Source of the DNA: the human T2T-CHM13v2.0 reference genome, Homo sapiens
Strand: one strand, 5' to 3'
Assembly: GCF_009914755.1 (NCBI RefSeq)
Contig: NC_060941.1
Length of the DNA stretch: 64,000 nucleotides
Shown: piece after piece, positions 1 to 43,904 of the stretch
Layout: each line of letters starts with the position of its first letter
Position numbering within the stretch: position 1 is the stretch's first letter
Program-made: the position numbers and the translations under genes
The notes under the pieces: generated by a model
The model's input: only the letters and a program-made list of their open reading frames with translations
What the model was told of the DNA's origin: nothing
Databases searched by the model: none

Positions 1-3200
<3,200 letters not shown>

Positions 3201-3347
3201 AAGACCAGCATTTCTACTTTTTGGCTTTGCTTTTTAAAATTATGTCTTTGAGATTGATTGATCAAGTTGTCTTTAAACTTTAATTTCCATAAAGATTCAA
3301 ACAAACTGTTCACCTTACATAATATTGTCTTTTTTTTTTTTTCCTAG

Positions 3348-3500
<153 letters not shown>

Positions 3501-3873
3501 TAGAGATAAATATATTTTTCATGTGGGACCTTGGCAATATAAACTCAAGTATAGCTATATATTGTTTTGTATTTGGGTTTTATTTTACGAAATACTCATT
3601 TAATATTTAAGTGCCTATTAAGAGAAAGATGTTATTCAAAGAACTCTGAGAAATGTTAAACTAACAATGTCTTCATGACACGTACACAAAAAACGAGTAT
3701 GTTAGAATATCTTAAATAAGATAACTACAAGGCACTAAAGAGGAATTCAGATAACTTTTGATTAGGAGCATAAATGAAGTATTTATGAAATAGTTTGAGT
3801 ATTTAAAATTAGTTGGATTTAGGCACAGCAGGGAGAGGAGAAATGAATGGTATTTCCATATAAGAAGAATGTG

Positions 3874-5455
<1,582 letters not shown>

Positions 5456-6083
5456 GAAAATATGATGGGGAAAAAAAGATATGATAGCTATCTGACTTCT
5501 CAACTATGTAATAAGCAGATGTTGTAAATCCTATGCTGTAGTTCATGAATCTATATGACATGTGGGGTCGGGAACATAGTACCCTACCATAAGTCAGGTT
5601 ATTCCTACTATTCTGCAACATGTAAATAACACTTTGAACAGAGCAAGTGGTAAAGATTGCTTAATTTTTGCATGACTATTTTGATAAATATGTTGAGAAG
5701 GACCAGCTCAAAGGAAAACCTCTTGGTAACTTGGCATAAGTTAAATGTTTCCCAAGAAAGTGTTCTCTCCCAAAGTTTGGCTTCCTCAAATCAATTAAGG
5801 ACATTTTAAATTTATGGATTTAATGAATCAAAAATCTGAAAAAGATTTATATTTTTAAAGCCAGTAGTTTCATTTACTTCACTTAAAATATTCAGAGCAT
5901 AAGTAGTTTTTTAATACAAATAAGCATAGCTATATTATTCATTATAAGTGCTATATACCATAACTTAGTCTACCGTCTCCTGCCTTGGATTTTTTTCATA
6001 CAATAAAATGCACAGATCTTAGGTATTCAATTTGAAGAGTTTTTACAATTCTATACACCTGCCTTAACCGTCTGAAACAAGGT

Positions 6084-6584
<501 letters not shown>

Positions 6585-6711
6585 TCAGGAGCCTGAGGTG
6601 GGAGAATCACTTAAACCTAGGAGGCAAAGGCTGCAGTGAGCTGAGATTGTGCCACTGTACTCCAGCGTGGGCAACCCACCGACCCTGTCTTTGAAAAAGA
6701 ATTGAAAACGT

Positions 6712-7510
6712 TATCAACAAGATGAAAGATGACAAGTATTGGCAAAAAGGGGAACTGTTACACATTGTTGGTGATAACCTAAATTAGTATGGCCATTTTG
6801 GAAAATGGTGTGGAGGTTCCTCAAAAAACTAAAAATAGAACTACCATATGATCCAGTAATTCCACTTCTGGGTACATATTTAAAGGAACTGAAATTAATA
6901 TGTTGAAGGGATATCTGCACTCCCATGTTCATTGCAGCATTATTCACAATAGCTAAGTCATGGAATCAACCTAAGTGCCTATCAGTGGATGAGTGGATAA
7001 AGAAAATGTAGCATATATACACAATGGAATACCATTCAGCCTTAAAAAGGAAAAATCCTGTCATTTGCAAGAACATGAATGAATCTGGAGGATTATGCTA
7101 AGTGAAATAAGGCAAGCACAGAAAGACAGATACCACATGATCTCACTTTTATGTGGAATCTAGAAAAATAAAGTTGAACTCATAGAATAGAGGTGGAGAG
7201 TAGAGTGATAAGTTACTAGAATTTAGGGAGAGAGAGAAATGGGGAGTTGTTGATCAAAATGTACAAAGTTTCAGAAAGATAGGAGGAATAGGTTTGGAGA
7301 TCTTTTGCATAGCCAGGTGACTATAGTCAACAATAATATATTGAATATTTTGAAATAATTAAAAGTAGATCTCAAATGTCTCACCATAAAAAATGATGCA
7401 TAAGGTGATGGATATGTTAGATTGATTTAATTTAATATGTTGAATACATATATCAGTATATCACATGTACTCCATAAATGTATACAATTATGATTTGTCA
7501 AAACATTAAC
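6712..7510 (+). mobile_element. L1MA-type LINE-1 3' end (ORF2 end + 3'UTR)
   Basis: tggaggttcctcaaaaaactaaaaatagaactaccatatgatccag...atctgcactcccatgttcattgcagcattattcacaatagc... Confidence 0.88.
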
Positions 7511-7519
7511 ATTTTTTAA

Positions 7520-8012
7520 AGCAATTGAAAACAGGTACTCAGACAAGTGCATGTACACACAGTCACAGCAGCAGTTTTCACAGTAGCCAAAAGATGGAAA
7601 GAACACAAATGTCCATCAATGGATGAGTGGATAAACAAATTGTGCTATATATGTACAGTGGAATTTTATTCAGCTATAAAAGGAAATGAAATACTGATAC
7701 ATACTACAACATGGATAAACTTCAAAAACATGCTAAGTGAAAGAAACCAGCCATAAAAACTCATATGACACTACTTATATGATATATGCAGAATAAGTAT
7801 ATCTATAGAGACAAAAAGCAGATTGATGGTTACCAGGAGGGGAGAATGGAGAGCAACTGCTTAATAGGTATGGGATTTTCTTCTGAGGTGATAAACATGC
7901 TTTATAACTAGATAAAGGTGATAGTTGCATGGCATGGTAAATACACTAAACATATTGAATTGTTCACTTTAAGGTGATTAATTTTATGTCTTGTATTTTA
8001 TCTTGATTTTTA
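7520..8012 (+). mobile_element. L1MB-type LINE-1 3' end
   Basis: cacagtagccaaaagatggaaa...tgtccatcaatggatgagtggataaacaaattgtg...aaaacatgctaagtgaaagaaaccag. Confidence 0.82.
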
Positions 8013-8049
8013 AATTGAGGTTTTTTTTTTGTTTTTTTTTTTCTTTGTA

Positions 8050-8560
8050 GTCAGTGTTTTTTGTGTCCTGCCCAAGAAGTATTTGCTTACTCCAAGGTTA
8101 TAAAGATATTTTGTGTTTCTGCTTTCTGATTCTGGGTTTTACATTCAGTTCAAATGATCCTTCTCAAATTAATTTTTATATATGACATAAGTGATATAGG
8201 GAGTCAAGGTTTATTTGTTTTTTCCTATGTAAAGAACCACTTGTTTCAGCAGGATTTGCTAAAAACACTATCCTCTGAATTAACTTGACTTTCTTGGTAG
8301 AAAAATCAATTGAACATATGTGGATCTCTTTCTAGTTTTTATTCTATTTCCTTGATCTACTTAGCCTATCTTAAAGCCAGTATCACATTGTCTTGATTAC
8401 TATAGTGCTGCATATCCTCCAAATATTTTTTTTCCTCAAGATTGTTTTGGATATTCTAGGTTCTTTTATATCCCCATATAAATTTTAGAACCAGTCAATT
8501 TCTTTAAAAGACTTGTTGGAAATTTCCTTGGAATCTGCTAACATTGGGATATTTTACACT
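8050..8560 (-). mobile_element. Degenerate antisense L1 ORF2 fragment
   Basis: ccagtatcacattgtcttgattactatag and ttgttttggatattctaggttc...ccatataaattttagaa are typical antisense L1 motifs. Confidence 0.7.
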
Positions 8561-8654
8561 AATTCCCTACTTAGTTAATATAGAATTGTCTAAAATGCTT
8601 TTCGAAGAAGAATGTTTTATTTTCTTCTTTTCCTTACATTATTTGTATGTCTAG

Positions 8655-8924
<270 letters not shown>

Positions 8925-9857
8925 TAGGTTTTGAATGTCTCAGAATTAACCAACATGGCAGTTTGATGTTAGCGTATCTGTTCCCGTGAACCAAGCAAAT
9001 TGGGGAAAAGGAGAAGCATTTATGTGACTTATATAAAGGTTTCTGTAAATTGATATTACAAGAAAGGGTGGCACCTGTGTGTTTTATCTCTCACTAATTT
9101 TGTGTGTGGGTCATTTAAAACAAATCAGTCTTAAAACTGTTCATTGGAGTAGTCCACTTTATAGTTTTTGTAATAGCCAACAAAATTTTGAGTCTGAAAA
9201 ATTGATGTGTTTTAATATCAAGTACTAGGTCTGGGAACTAATAAGACATGGGACCATTTCCTGATTATTGATAGTTTTGTAGTGTCACAATAGGTAAGTT
9301 ACTCAGTTATTTTAAGCTTTTTGTTTCCTGGTTATCTGAGGAGTTTGCTAAATCTCCTATCATTAGGTGATTTAGGTCTCAAAAAGTCACTTTTATTCTC
9401 TTTTTTGTATTTTTTGGAAACTACCCTTGAATTTCTGGCAGCATTTTAATATCAGAATGATTTAAGATTACTGTAATAAATACAGATAATGTTGAAGATT
9501 ATAAGTTATGAAAGATTCAGATTCAGATTGAGCTCATTTGATTATTGACAAATAATTGTCATTATTTTACATGATAAAAGTTAGTTTTTAGGATTTTTGT
9601 TATGTGAAACCTTTTCTTCTAATGTTTTTGGTGTCCCATTGTTTTACTTTTTTTGATAGCCATGTTTGTCAAGTAGAATGTAGACTTCTCAGTAAATTCA
9701 CACAATATCATTAAAATATGTCCAGGTAGTCTGCAGTGAGGCATTATTTATCATAGCTACCCTCTTCTCCCTTTTCACAAAAAAAGAACATTCTTATAGT
9801 AGTAGGGACCCTGACAAAATAATTTATAGTATAAATACATACTTGATTTTGAAATAA

Positions 9858-18449
<8,592 letters not shown>

Positions 18450-18499
18450 TAAATCCTTTATCAAAAGAATCTTTCCTGAAAATATTCCAATTCCATTCT

Positions 18500-19480
<981 letters not shown>

Positions 19481-19499
19481 GAAAAATTTAAAATGTTGA

Positions 19500-19526
19500 T
19501 TTTTATTTTTTATTTTTACTTTTATT

Positions 19527-19565
<39 letters not shown>

Positions 19566-19569
19566 TTTT
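19500..19569 (+). repeat. (TTTA)n Alu-tail microsatellite
   Basis: Repeated tttatttatt immediately before a - strand Alu. Confidence 0.85.
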
Positions 19570-19601
19570 GAAACAGAGTCTCGCTCTTTCACCCAGGCTG
19601 A

Positions 19602-19850
<249 letters not shown>

Positions 19851-19950
19851 TGATTTTTACATATGAGGAAATTCACTGGGCAGTTTTTGCCTCTGACCTG
19901 AAATGGGTTCCATGAAGTGTGTGCTGCCCTTAAATACATTTTTATCATCA

Positions 19951-20214
<264 letters not shown>

Positions 20215-20811
20215 TCAACTGAACCCAAGAGGCGGAGGTTGCAGTGAGCTGAGATCGCGCTGCTGCACTCCGGTCTGGGCGACAGAGCAAGTCTGCATCT
20301 CAGAAAAAAAAAAGAAAAGAAAAGAAAAAAAATATTCTCATTATTAGGATACCTGTGAGTATAGATAAATTTATTTCTGAGAGTGGGTTGAAATAAGCTT
20401 GTAATATAGCATAATTGTGCGAGTTTACTAATAAATTCAAATTAAAACAGTTGCATCCATTATGTAAGAAAAATGTAAAAGATACAATCAATCCTAGTAA
20501 TAGCATGTGTTAACAGACACTATTAGTAAGAATATAAATTGATATTGCCCCTTTGGAGCAGGATTTAACAGTAGCTTTTAAAATTTAATACGCACATAGC
20601 ATTTATCCATCAAATCCACTTCTAGAACTCTGTCCTACAGAAATAGTAACATGATTCTGTGATACAGTATACATAGATATTTATTGAAACTTTTTTCATA
20701 AAAGTGAAACATGGGCTGGAGCAGTGGCTCTCACCTGTAATCCTTGAGGTCAAGAGTTCGAGGACAGCCTGGTCAACGTGGTAAAACTCTATCTCCACTA
20801 AAAATATTTTA

Positions 20812-21036
<225 letters not shown>

Positions 21037-21159
21037 TTAAGGCGTCACAAAGCAGTAGGTTACAATGAAACTTTAAAAATTTCTATGTACTGGCTGGGTG
21101 CAGTGGCTCACACCTATAATTCCAACACTTTGGGAGGTTGAGGTGGGAGGATCACTTGA

Positions 21160-21520
<361 letters not shown>

Positions 21521-22149
21521 TGAGCAGGCCGGGTAGTAGTGGCTCACGCCTGTAATCCCAGCACTTTGGGAGGCTGAGGTGGGCAGATCACGAGGTCAGG
21601 AGATCGAGACCATCCTGGCCAACATGGTGAAAACCCATCTATACTAAAGATACAAAAATTAGCCAGGCGTGGTGGCACATGCCTGTAGTCCCAGCTACTC
21701 GGGAGGCTGAGGCAGGAAGAATCACTTGAACTCAGAAGGCAGAGGTTGCAGTGAGCCAAGTTGGTACCATTGCACTCCAAGCCTGGTCGACAGAGTGACA
21801 CTCAGTCTCAAAAAAAAAAAAATCTTTTATGTACTGATCTGATCCGGATACGTGTATATTATATTATTAAATGAAGAAAGCCAGTTATGTGCCTAAAACA
21901 TATATTGTTGTTCAGTTTTTAAAACTGTATGTTTTTGTAAAATAGACTAATCTGAATAAACTTGGGGAAGGTTGAGAAGCACATGCACCAAACTGTTGGC
22001 CTCTGGGGAGAGAGTCTGCAAAGGCAAAAGGAGCAAGTTTGACTTTTACATTATATATGTATGTGTTTACTTGTTTCCAATATGAAACAAAATTTTAGAA
22101 TCTCTTTAAAAAAATGTTTAGAGCCCTGTGAGGTCTAAAATAAAGGAAT

Positions 22150-22695
22150 GACATTTGTTGAGTACCATGTGCTAGGTATTATTCTGAGAACTTTTTGTTT
22201 ATTAACTGATTTCATCTTCACATTAAATCTGTGAAATAGCTATATTATTATATGCATTTGAGAAATGATGAAACTAAAGCACATTTAGTTTAACTAAGTG
22301 AAGGTCTCACTGCTCACAAGTAGCAGAGCCAGAATTTAGAATACAGGCAGTATAGCTCTCTAGTGTCCATGTTTTTTTTCTTTTGAGAGGGAGTCTCGCT
22401 CTGTCGCCCAGGCTGGAGTGCAGCGGCTTGATCTCAGCTCCCTGCAAGCTCCGCCTCCTGAGTTCATGCCATTCTCCTGCCTCAGCCTCCCGCGTAGCTG
22501 GGACTACGGGCGCCCGCCACAACGCCTGGCTAATTTTTTGTGTTTTTAGTAGAGACGGGATTTCACCCTGTTAGCCAGGATGGTCTCGATCTCCTGACCT
22601 CGTGATCCACCCGCCTCGGCCTCCCAAAGTGCTGGGATTACAGGCATGAGCCACCGCGCCCAGCTGTGTCCGTGTTCTTAATCACTACACTAACC
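22150..22695 (-). mobile_element. MIR interrupted by an AluY (about 22375-22665)
   Basis: Reverse-complement MIR core (gaaactaaagcac...gaaggtctcactgct...gcagagccagaatttagaatacaggcag). The Alu is flanked by tgtccatgtt/tgtccgtgtt. Confidence 0.75.
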
Positions 22696-23063
22696 AGAGT
22701 AGACTGCGTGTAAAATAATTGAATAGAATACTCTGAAGAAATTGAAAGGATAACTTAGGAGCCCTCTTCAAATATAAAATTAGGAAGTATACAAAAGAAG
22801 AATGTTAAACCTCTTGATATAGATTTAGTCTTAAGCTAATGGTAATAAAATAATATGAATAAATAGTAAATGAATATAAGGAAATTTGTGCTACTAATTG
22901 CCCATTTAAAGAGGTAAAAGTCACAACCCTCTTATTTACTATGCAACTATAATTGAATAACAGGGTTAATTACATCTGTTTACTGGTTATTCTGTTAATT
23001 AGGACTTTTTTCTGGCATTATACAGCAGTAAGTTATACCTTTGTCTTTTGTGTTATGGATTAG

Positions 23064-23315
<252 letters not shown>

Positions 23316-24059
23316 TAAGCTTTTTGATAACAGGGAGGAGAATGAAAAGGTATCCATGTAAGCAGGAAAAGTCTTAAGATGATGTCTAGTCATAAAGAAA
23401 TTGACTAAGCTTCTTTTCATTTTTAGCATCTTTGGTTGACTTTAATGTTAAATGCCTGTTGCTACAGTCTTTTGCTTATGTATTTCTCATCAGAGTACAA
23501 AAAAGTGGCCAAAACTTTTAACCATGGGAAGTGCCAGTAGATAAGAATCAAGATTCTTGTTTTAAACTTATCCAAGGGCAGGGTGCAGTGGCTCACGCCT
23601 GTAATCCCAGCAGTTTAGGAGGCCAAGGCGGGTGGATCACCTGAGGTCAGGAGTTCAAGACCAGCTTGGACAACATGGTGAAACCCTGTCTCTACTAAAA
23701 ATACAAAAATTAGTTGGGTGTGGCGGCACATGCCTATAGTCCCAGCTACTCGGGGGGCTGAAGCAGGAGAATCCCTTGAACCCAGGAGGCAGAGGTTGCA
23801 GTGAGTCAAGAACACACCACAGCACTCCAGCCCGGGTGACAGAGCAAGACCCTGTCTCAAAAAAAAAAAAAAAAAAATGTACTCAAATGTCCAAGGCCAA
23901 TATTATATTCTACATGTCAACAAGCTTACCATTTGGCTTCTCTCTGTTGTTCCAAGTAAAATTTTAGAACCCTAATTTGCTGTAAATATGACTTGTACAA
24001 GATTTAAAAATATGAAAGTGCATTATAAAGTAAAAAGTTTAAAGCTGCACAGCTACTAG

Positions 24060-24405
<346 letters not shown>

Positions 24406-25854
24406 TGATCCACCCGCCTCGGCCTCCCAAAGTGCTGGGATTACAGGCATGAACCACCGCACCTGGCCCACATGAATCTTAATATACAAAACCACCCACT
24501 ATCTGTCATCGATGATAAGCACCTCAATTGCTCTGTACATATCTGTACATTTAAAACTTTTATTTATATTCAGTAAGGTCCAGTTTCCACAGTATTTCCT
24601 ATTTAAAGCTTCTCCTGTACTCCTACCCAGCCCTTTTTATAAGCTATTTGATATTTAAACTATAAAATGGTTCTTGGTTTTACTCTGAATAACTATGCTG
24701 GAGTACAATGAAATTCATTCACAGAGGTAATCTGTGTCAAAATCTAGAAGCTATAACACACTCAATGGTATTCCCAATGCCCACCCAACTCCATTCAAAC
24801 AAGCTGTTCTGAACAAAATACAGAAACAATGTTAAGATGCTTTATTGTTTTCATGTGAATGTGAGTAAAATTTCACCTTGCTATATCTTCAAAATAGGTA
24901 ATTATTATTACACAGTAGTTATGTTGACTACTAACATAATCTTCCTTAGTTAATGCTTAGAAAAATTAGAATTATAATGATTTTTTAGATTTGTTTTTGC
25001 AGTGGGGAGATACATAATCATTTAGCTACAGAATAGACAATCTCCCATGAACAGATTTTTAAACCAACGTGTCAGCAAAGTCAATTATGATTTTAAAGCC
25101 AACAGCACCGAGGAATAAACCAAACTGAAAGTCATACCGTAAATCTGATATGACTGCATTTCTCTAGGGCTTGGGTGATGGATAGGTGTTTGACATTTAA
25201 CCATTTCTTTCTGTCATTAGAACCTTTCCGTTTTAAAGCTTATAAACAGTAGTCCGATTCTCTCAGATAGTACGTTAAAAGTGAGGAGAAAATAAAGCTT
25301 CGTTATCATAGTCAGGCTTTAAATAAAATGCATTTCTGATTACAAGTGAGCTCAAGGTTTCCTGTTAGGAAAGAAAAATCACCATTTTCCTCATATTTAG
25401 GTGTATCTATTTACTTAGTCAACTTGAACATTTTAACACCAAGTCATCACATTTCTATTTACTTAAGTAATCGTTGCCTCTTTCAATTTTCTCCTTTAGT
25501 AGCGGAGGCAGAATTTAGAATATAGCATCAACTGTGTTTGATGGAGGAGAGGAGACTGCAGTTGGAACATTTTATTTATGTTGATTAGGATTTGTGGGGG
25601 TGGGGTGCTGTTTCTATGGAAAGGGTTGGGTGAAAATCTGCTGCCTACTCCGCTGTTTCTTCAGCTGCCATCCAGATGATGCTTTGTCAGCACTAAATGA
25701 GTAGAAATAAATGTAACTTGCCTTCATCTCGCTTTCACTTGAGTCACACATTGAGGGATATAGTTTATTCTTAGTATAAGCATTAATTTTACTCTTGTTA
25801 AAGAAAAATTTTTCAAAGAGTTATTTTTTCTCATTAGGCAGGAATGTGGAATGA

Positions 25855-30845
<4,991 letters not shown>

Positions 30846-31129
30846 AATTCTCTGTCATGAATATGCATAGTAATCAAAGCTAATTTTAATATCTACTCAG
30901 GTCACTAACTTTATTAGTGAAACAACAGATATTGTTACAAGTCCTATCATAAATGGGGCTGTTTATGCCCTAATGTTTTAAATGAGGTTTTTTGTTGTAA
31001 AACTGCATAAAATTCAATCAGCAGTTTGGCCAAATAGCCAAGTGCAAAAAGTACCTGCAACCTGATGATCTGACCTGCTTGGCTTTCCTCTCATTTTTTT
31101 CCTAGTAGCCTTTATTTTCATGTATGTAA

Positions 31130-31465
<336 letters not shown>

Positions 31466-31691
31466 TGAAATCACAGCAATTAAAGTACTAGTTGGAAATG
31501 ATAGCTCTCCTGAAGCTTGGGAAATGTGGTGGTGGTTCATTTTCTTCCTGTTCTCAACATTGCTTGAAAATGTCATGATGCATGTAGAATTCTCATTGAT
31601 ACATTTAGACATGAGGTTCTAAATAGGCTCCCTGCCAGCACAGATCCTAACACCTTATTGAGATTAGAATAGCAGCTTTGGGAAGCAGTGA

Positions 31692-31967
<276 letters not shown>

Positions 31968-32324
31968 TAGCCAGGATGGTCTCGATCTCCTGACCTCGTG
32001 ATCCGCCCGCCTCGGCCTCCCAAAGTGCTGGGATTACAGGCATGAGCCACCACGCCCGGCTACAAATTATTTATTTATTTATTTATTTTTTTAGATGGAA
32101 TTTTGCCCTGTCGCCCAGGCTGCATTGCAGTAGTGCGATCTCAACTCACTGCAACCTCCACCTCCCGGGTTCAAGGGGATTCTCCGTCCTTGGCCTCCCG
32201 AGTAGCTGAGATTACAGGCGCAAAATATTTTCTATATAAGAGCTTTGTAAACTTTTTTTTAAAGGGCCAGATAAGGCTGCGCGCAGTGGCTCACGCCTGT
32301 AATCCAAGCACTTTGGAAAGCCTA

Positions 32325-32858
<534 letters not shown>

Positions 32859-33132
32859 TAGCCAGGATGGTCTCAACCTTGTGACCTTGTGATCCGCCCG
32901 CCTCAGCCTCCCAAAGTGCTGGGATTACAGGCGTGAGCCACCGCGCCCGGCAATATGTAACCCTTTCAAAATGAAAACACCACTCTTAGCTCATGGGCTG
33001 TAAAAAATAACAACAAAACAGGCGCCTGCTCATACTTTGCTTGTAGACTATAGTTTGCTGGTCTTTGTTCTATAGTTATTTCCACTAGAGAGGAAGAGAT
33101 TCAGAGATCTAATGAGATTCTAGGTTTTTCTT

Positions 33133-34734
33133 TTTTGTTTGTTTGTGTTTTTTTTTTTTTTTGATCATTCTTGGGTGTTTCTCGCAGAGGGGGATTTGGC
33201 AGGGTCATAGGACAATAGTGGAGGGAAGGTCAGCAGATAAACAAGTGAACAAAGGTCTCTGGTTTTCCTAGGCAGAGGACCCTTCGGCCTTCCCAGTGTT
33301 TGTGTCCCTGGGTACTTGAGATTAGGGAGTGGTGATGACTCTTAACGAGCATGCTGCCTTCAAGCATCTGTTTAACAAAGCACATCTTGCACCGCCCTTA
33401 ATCCATTTAACCCTGAGTGGACACAACACATGTTTCGGAGAGTACCGGGTTGGGGGTAAGGTCACAGATCAACAGGATCCCCAGGCAAAAGAATTTTTCT
33501 TAGTACAGAACAAAATGAAAAGTCTCCCATGTCTACTTCTTTCTACACAGACACGGCAACCATCCGATTTCTCAATCTTTTCCCTACCTTTCCCCCCTTT
33601 CTATTCCACAAAACCGCCATTGTCATCATGGCCCGTTCTCAATGAGCTGTTGGGTACACCTCCCAGACGGGGTGGTGGCCGGGCAGAGGCGCCCCTCACC
33701 TCCTAGACGGGGCGGCTGGCCGGGTGGGGGGCTGACCCCCCCACCTCCCTCCCGGACGGGGCGGGTGGCCGGGCAGGGGGCTGACCCCCCCACCTCCCTC
33801 CCGGACGGGGCGGTTGGCCGGGCGGGGGGCTGACCCCCACCTCCCTCCCGGATGGGGTGGCTGCCGGGCGGAGATGCTCCTCACTTCCCAGACGGGGTGG
33901 CTGCCGGGCGGAGGGGCTCCTCACTTCTCAGACGGGGCGGCTGCCGGGCGGAGGGGCTCCTCACTTCTCAGACGGGGCGGTTGCCGGGCAGAGACGCTCC
34001 TCACCTCCCAGATGGGGTCGCGGCCGGGCAGAGGCGCTCCTCACATCCCAGATGGGGTGGCGGGGCAGAGGCGCTCCCCACATCTCAGACGATGGGCGGC
34101 CGGGCAGAGACGCTCCTCACTTCCTAGATGGGATGGCGGCCGGGAAGAGGCGCTCCTCACTTCCTAGATGGGATGGCGGCCGGGCAGAGATGTTCCTCAC
34201 TTTCCAGACTGGGCAGCCAGGCAGAGGGGCTCCTCACATCCCAGACGATGGGCAGCCGGGCAGAGACGCTCCTCACTTCCCAGATGGGGTGGCGGCCGGG
34301 CAGAGGCTGCAATCTCGGCACTTTGGGAGGCCAAGGCAGGCGGCTGGGAGGTGGAGGTTGTAGCGAGCCGAGATCACCCCACTGCACTCCAGCCTGGGCA
34401 CCATTGAGCACTGAGTGAACGAGACTCCGTCTGCAATCCCGGCACCTCGGGAGGCGGAGGCTGGCGGATCACTTGCGGTTAGGAGCTGGAGACCAGCCCG
34501 GCCAACACAGCGAAACCCCGTCTCCACCAAAAAAATACGAAAACCAGTCAGGCGTGGCGGCGCGCGCCTGCAATCGCAGGCACTCGGCAGGCTGAGGCAG
34601 GAGAATCAGGCAAGGAGGTTGCAGTGAGCCGAGATGGCAGCAGTACAGTCCAGCTTCGGCTCGGCATCAGAGGGAGACCGTGGAAAGAGAGGGAGAGGGA
34701 GACCGTGGGGAGAGGGAGGGGGAGGGGGAGAGGG
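33133..34734 (-). mobile_element. Full-length SVA retrotransposon (SVA_D-like), antisense in TAOK1 intron 18
   Basis: On the - strand: (CCCTCT)-type hexamer region (about 34685-34734), Alu-like segment, GC-rich VNTR (about 33660-34300), SINE-R ending ...gagaaacacccaagaatgatcaa, then an A-tail. TSD GATTCTAGGTTTTTCTT at 33116-33132 and 34735-34751, with a TT/AAGA L1-endonuclease-type site. Subfamily assignment is tentative. Confidence 0.95.
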
Positions 34735-34955
34735 GATTCTAGGTTTTTCTTAAGAAAAATATGGTTATTCAGGCATCTTCCAAATAGCTTATGATAGCTT
34801 TATCTTCATACCGATATTGGTTATTCTGCATTTCTTTTTCAGAGATGTTTACTCCAAGATACAAGAGAGAAAAATTGTCTAAACTAAAAAAGAGTAGTCT
34901 GTCTTCTAACACTCCTCCTCCTTTCCATAGGTCATGAATTGATAGCTAACATTAG

Positions 34956-35180
<225 letters not shown>

Positions 35181-35803
35181 TAAGTAATAGAAGGAAAAAT
35201 CATTGTTTTCGAATTAGCTTTTGTCAGAAGCGTTTTATAAATATATTTTCATGTTGGCAGAGGTCACATTAGATTTCTTTCACAATACCACATTTCCTGA
35301 ATTCTAGTTATGGCAGCAGATTTTTCTTTAAAATTACTGATTCACTGATGAACCTTATCATTAATGAGCTCCAGAAATCAAGGGAATATAATTAAGTAGT
35401 AATTGCTAGAGAAAAGATATGGGTGTGTGAAGACAGTCAGCTGAATTTGAGAGTAGCAGATATGGCTCTATTTTCCTCACTTCTGTGTTCCTAGCTTGCT
35501 CTACCTAAGGAGGTTGGAGAAAGACTTAACTAGTGAAGAAAGAGAGCTGCATTAATTGCCTGAGAGAGCCAGGGACAAAGGATCAGGAATATTACCTTAC
35601 TCATACATCCTTGGCCTGGAGCTATACAGATTGGTAGAGGATTACTGAGGGACAGAAGGTAAAATTAGTTCCACACAGGTGAAAAGTCAGGCTGAAAAAA
35701 TGTTATTTCTAGATGCACATCTTTACTTTTTTCTGAATTATTCTTGTCAGATATATTGGAAAATAGAACTAGAATCCCCAAATTTCCATCCTTCAGGATA
35801 CTA

Positions 35804-35806
<3 letters not shown>

Positions 35807-35839
<33 letters not shown>
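35807..35839 (+). repeat. (GT)n microsatellite
   Basis: About 16 uninterrupted GT units. Confidence 0.95.
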
Positions 35840-35841
<2 letters not shown>

Positions 35842-35914
35842 TAGGGAAAGGGCGATGGACAGAAGATTTTGAGAGGTAAAGAGAAGAAAGGCATTTGTTG
35901 CAAGAAGTGGTAGA

Positions 35915-43060
<7,146 letters not shown>

Positions 43061-43087
43061 GATTTTTAAATGTATATCCATAGCATC

Positions 43088-43275
43088 AAATAATAGACAC
43101 TAGAGACTACAGAAGGTGGGAGGGTGGGAGATGAGTGAGGGTTGAAAAATTACCTATTGGGTACAGTGTTCCCTATTCAAGTTATGGGTGCACTAAAAGC
43201 CCAGACTTCACCACTACGCAATATGTGCATGTAAAAAAAATCTGCAGTTGTACCCCCGAATATATAAAAACTTTA
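43088..43275 (+). mobile_element. L1PB/L1MA-type 3'-terminal fragment
   Basis: gggagggtgggag...gagggttgaaaaattacctattgggtac...aaagcccagacttcaccactacgcaatat...ttgtacccc. Confidence 0.8.
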
Positions 43276-43409
43276 AAAATTTTTTAATAAATTAAAGGGA
43301 AAAAGTTTAAATAAAATTTGAAACTCATGGACAAATATACATCCATAAAATAACCACTTCAAAGCTGAATAATTATTGCTTCCTTTCTTTATAGACTTAA
43401 AAATAATAA

Positions 43410-43904
<495 letters not shown>

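Noticed and set aside
33660-34300. Regularly spaced approx. 40-nt repeats resembling a CRISPR-like array
   Set aside because: This is the SVA VNTR: tandem units without unique spacers, in eukaryotic DNA.
33329-34627. Overlapping G/R/P-rich ORFs
   Set aside because: Products of the GC-rich SVA VNTR, SINE-R and Alu-like regions; the lack of stop codons is compositional.
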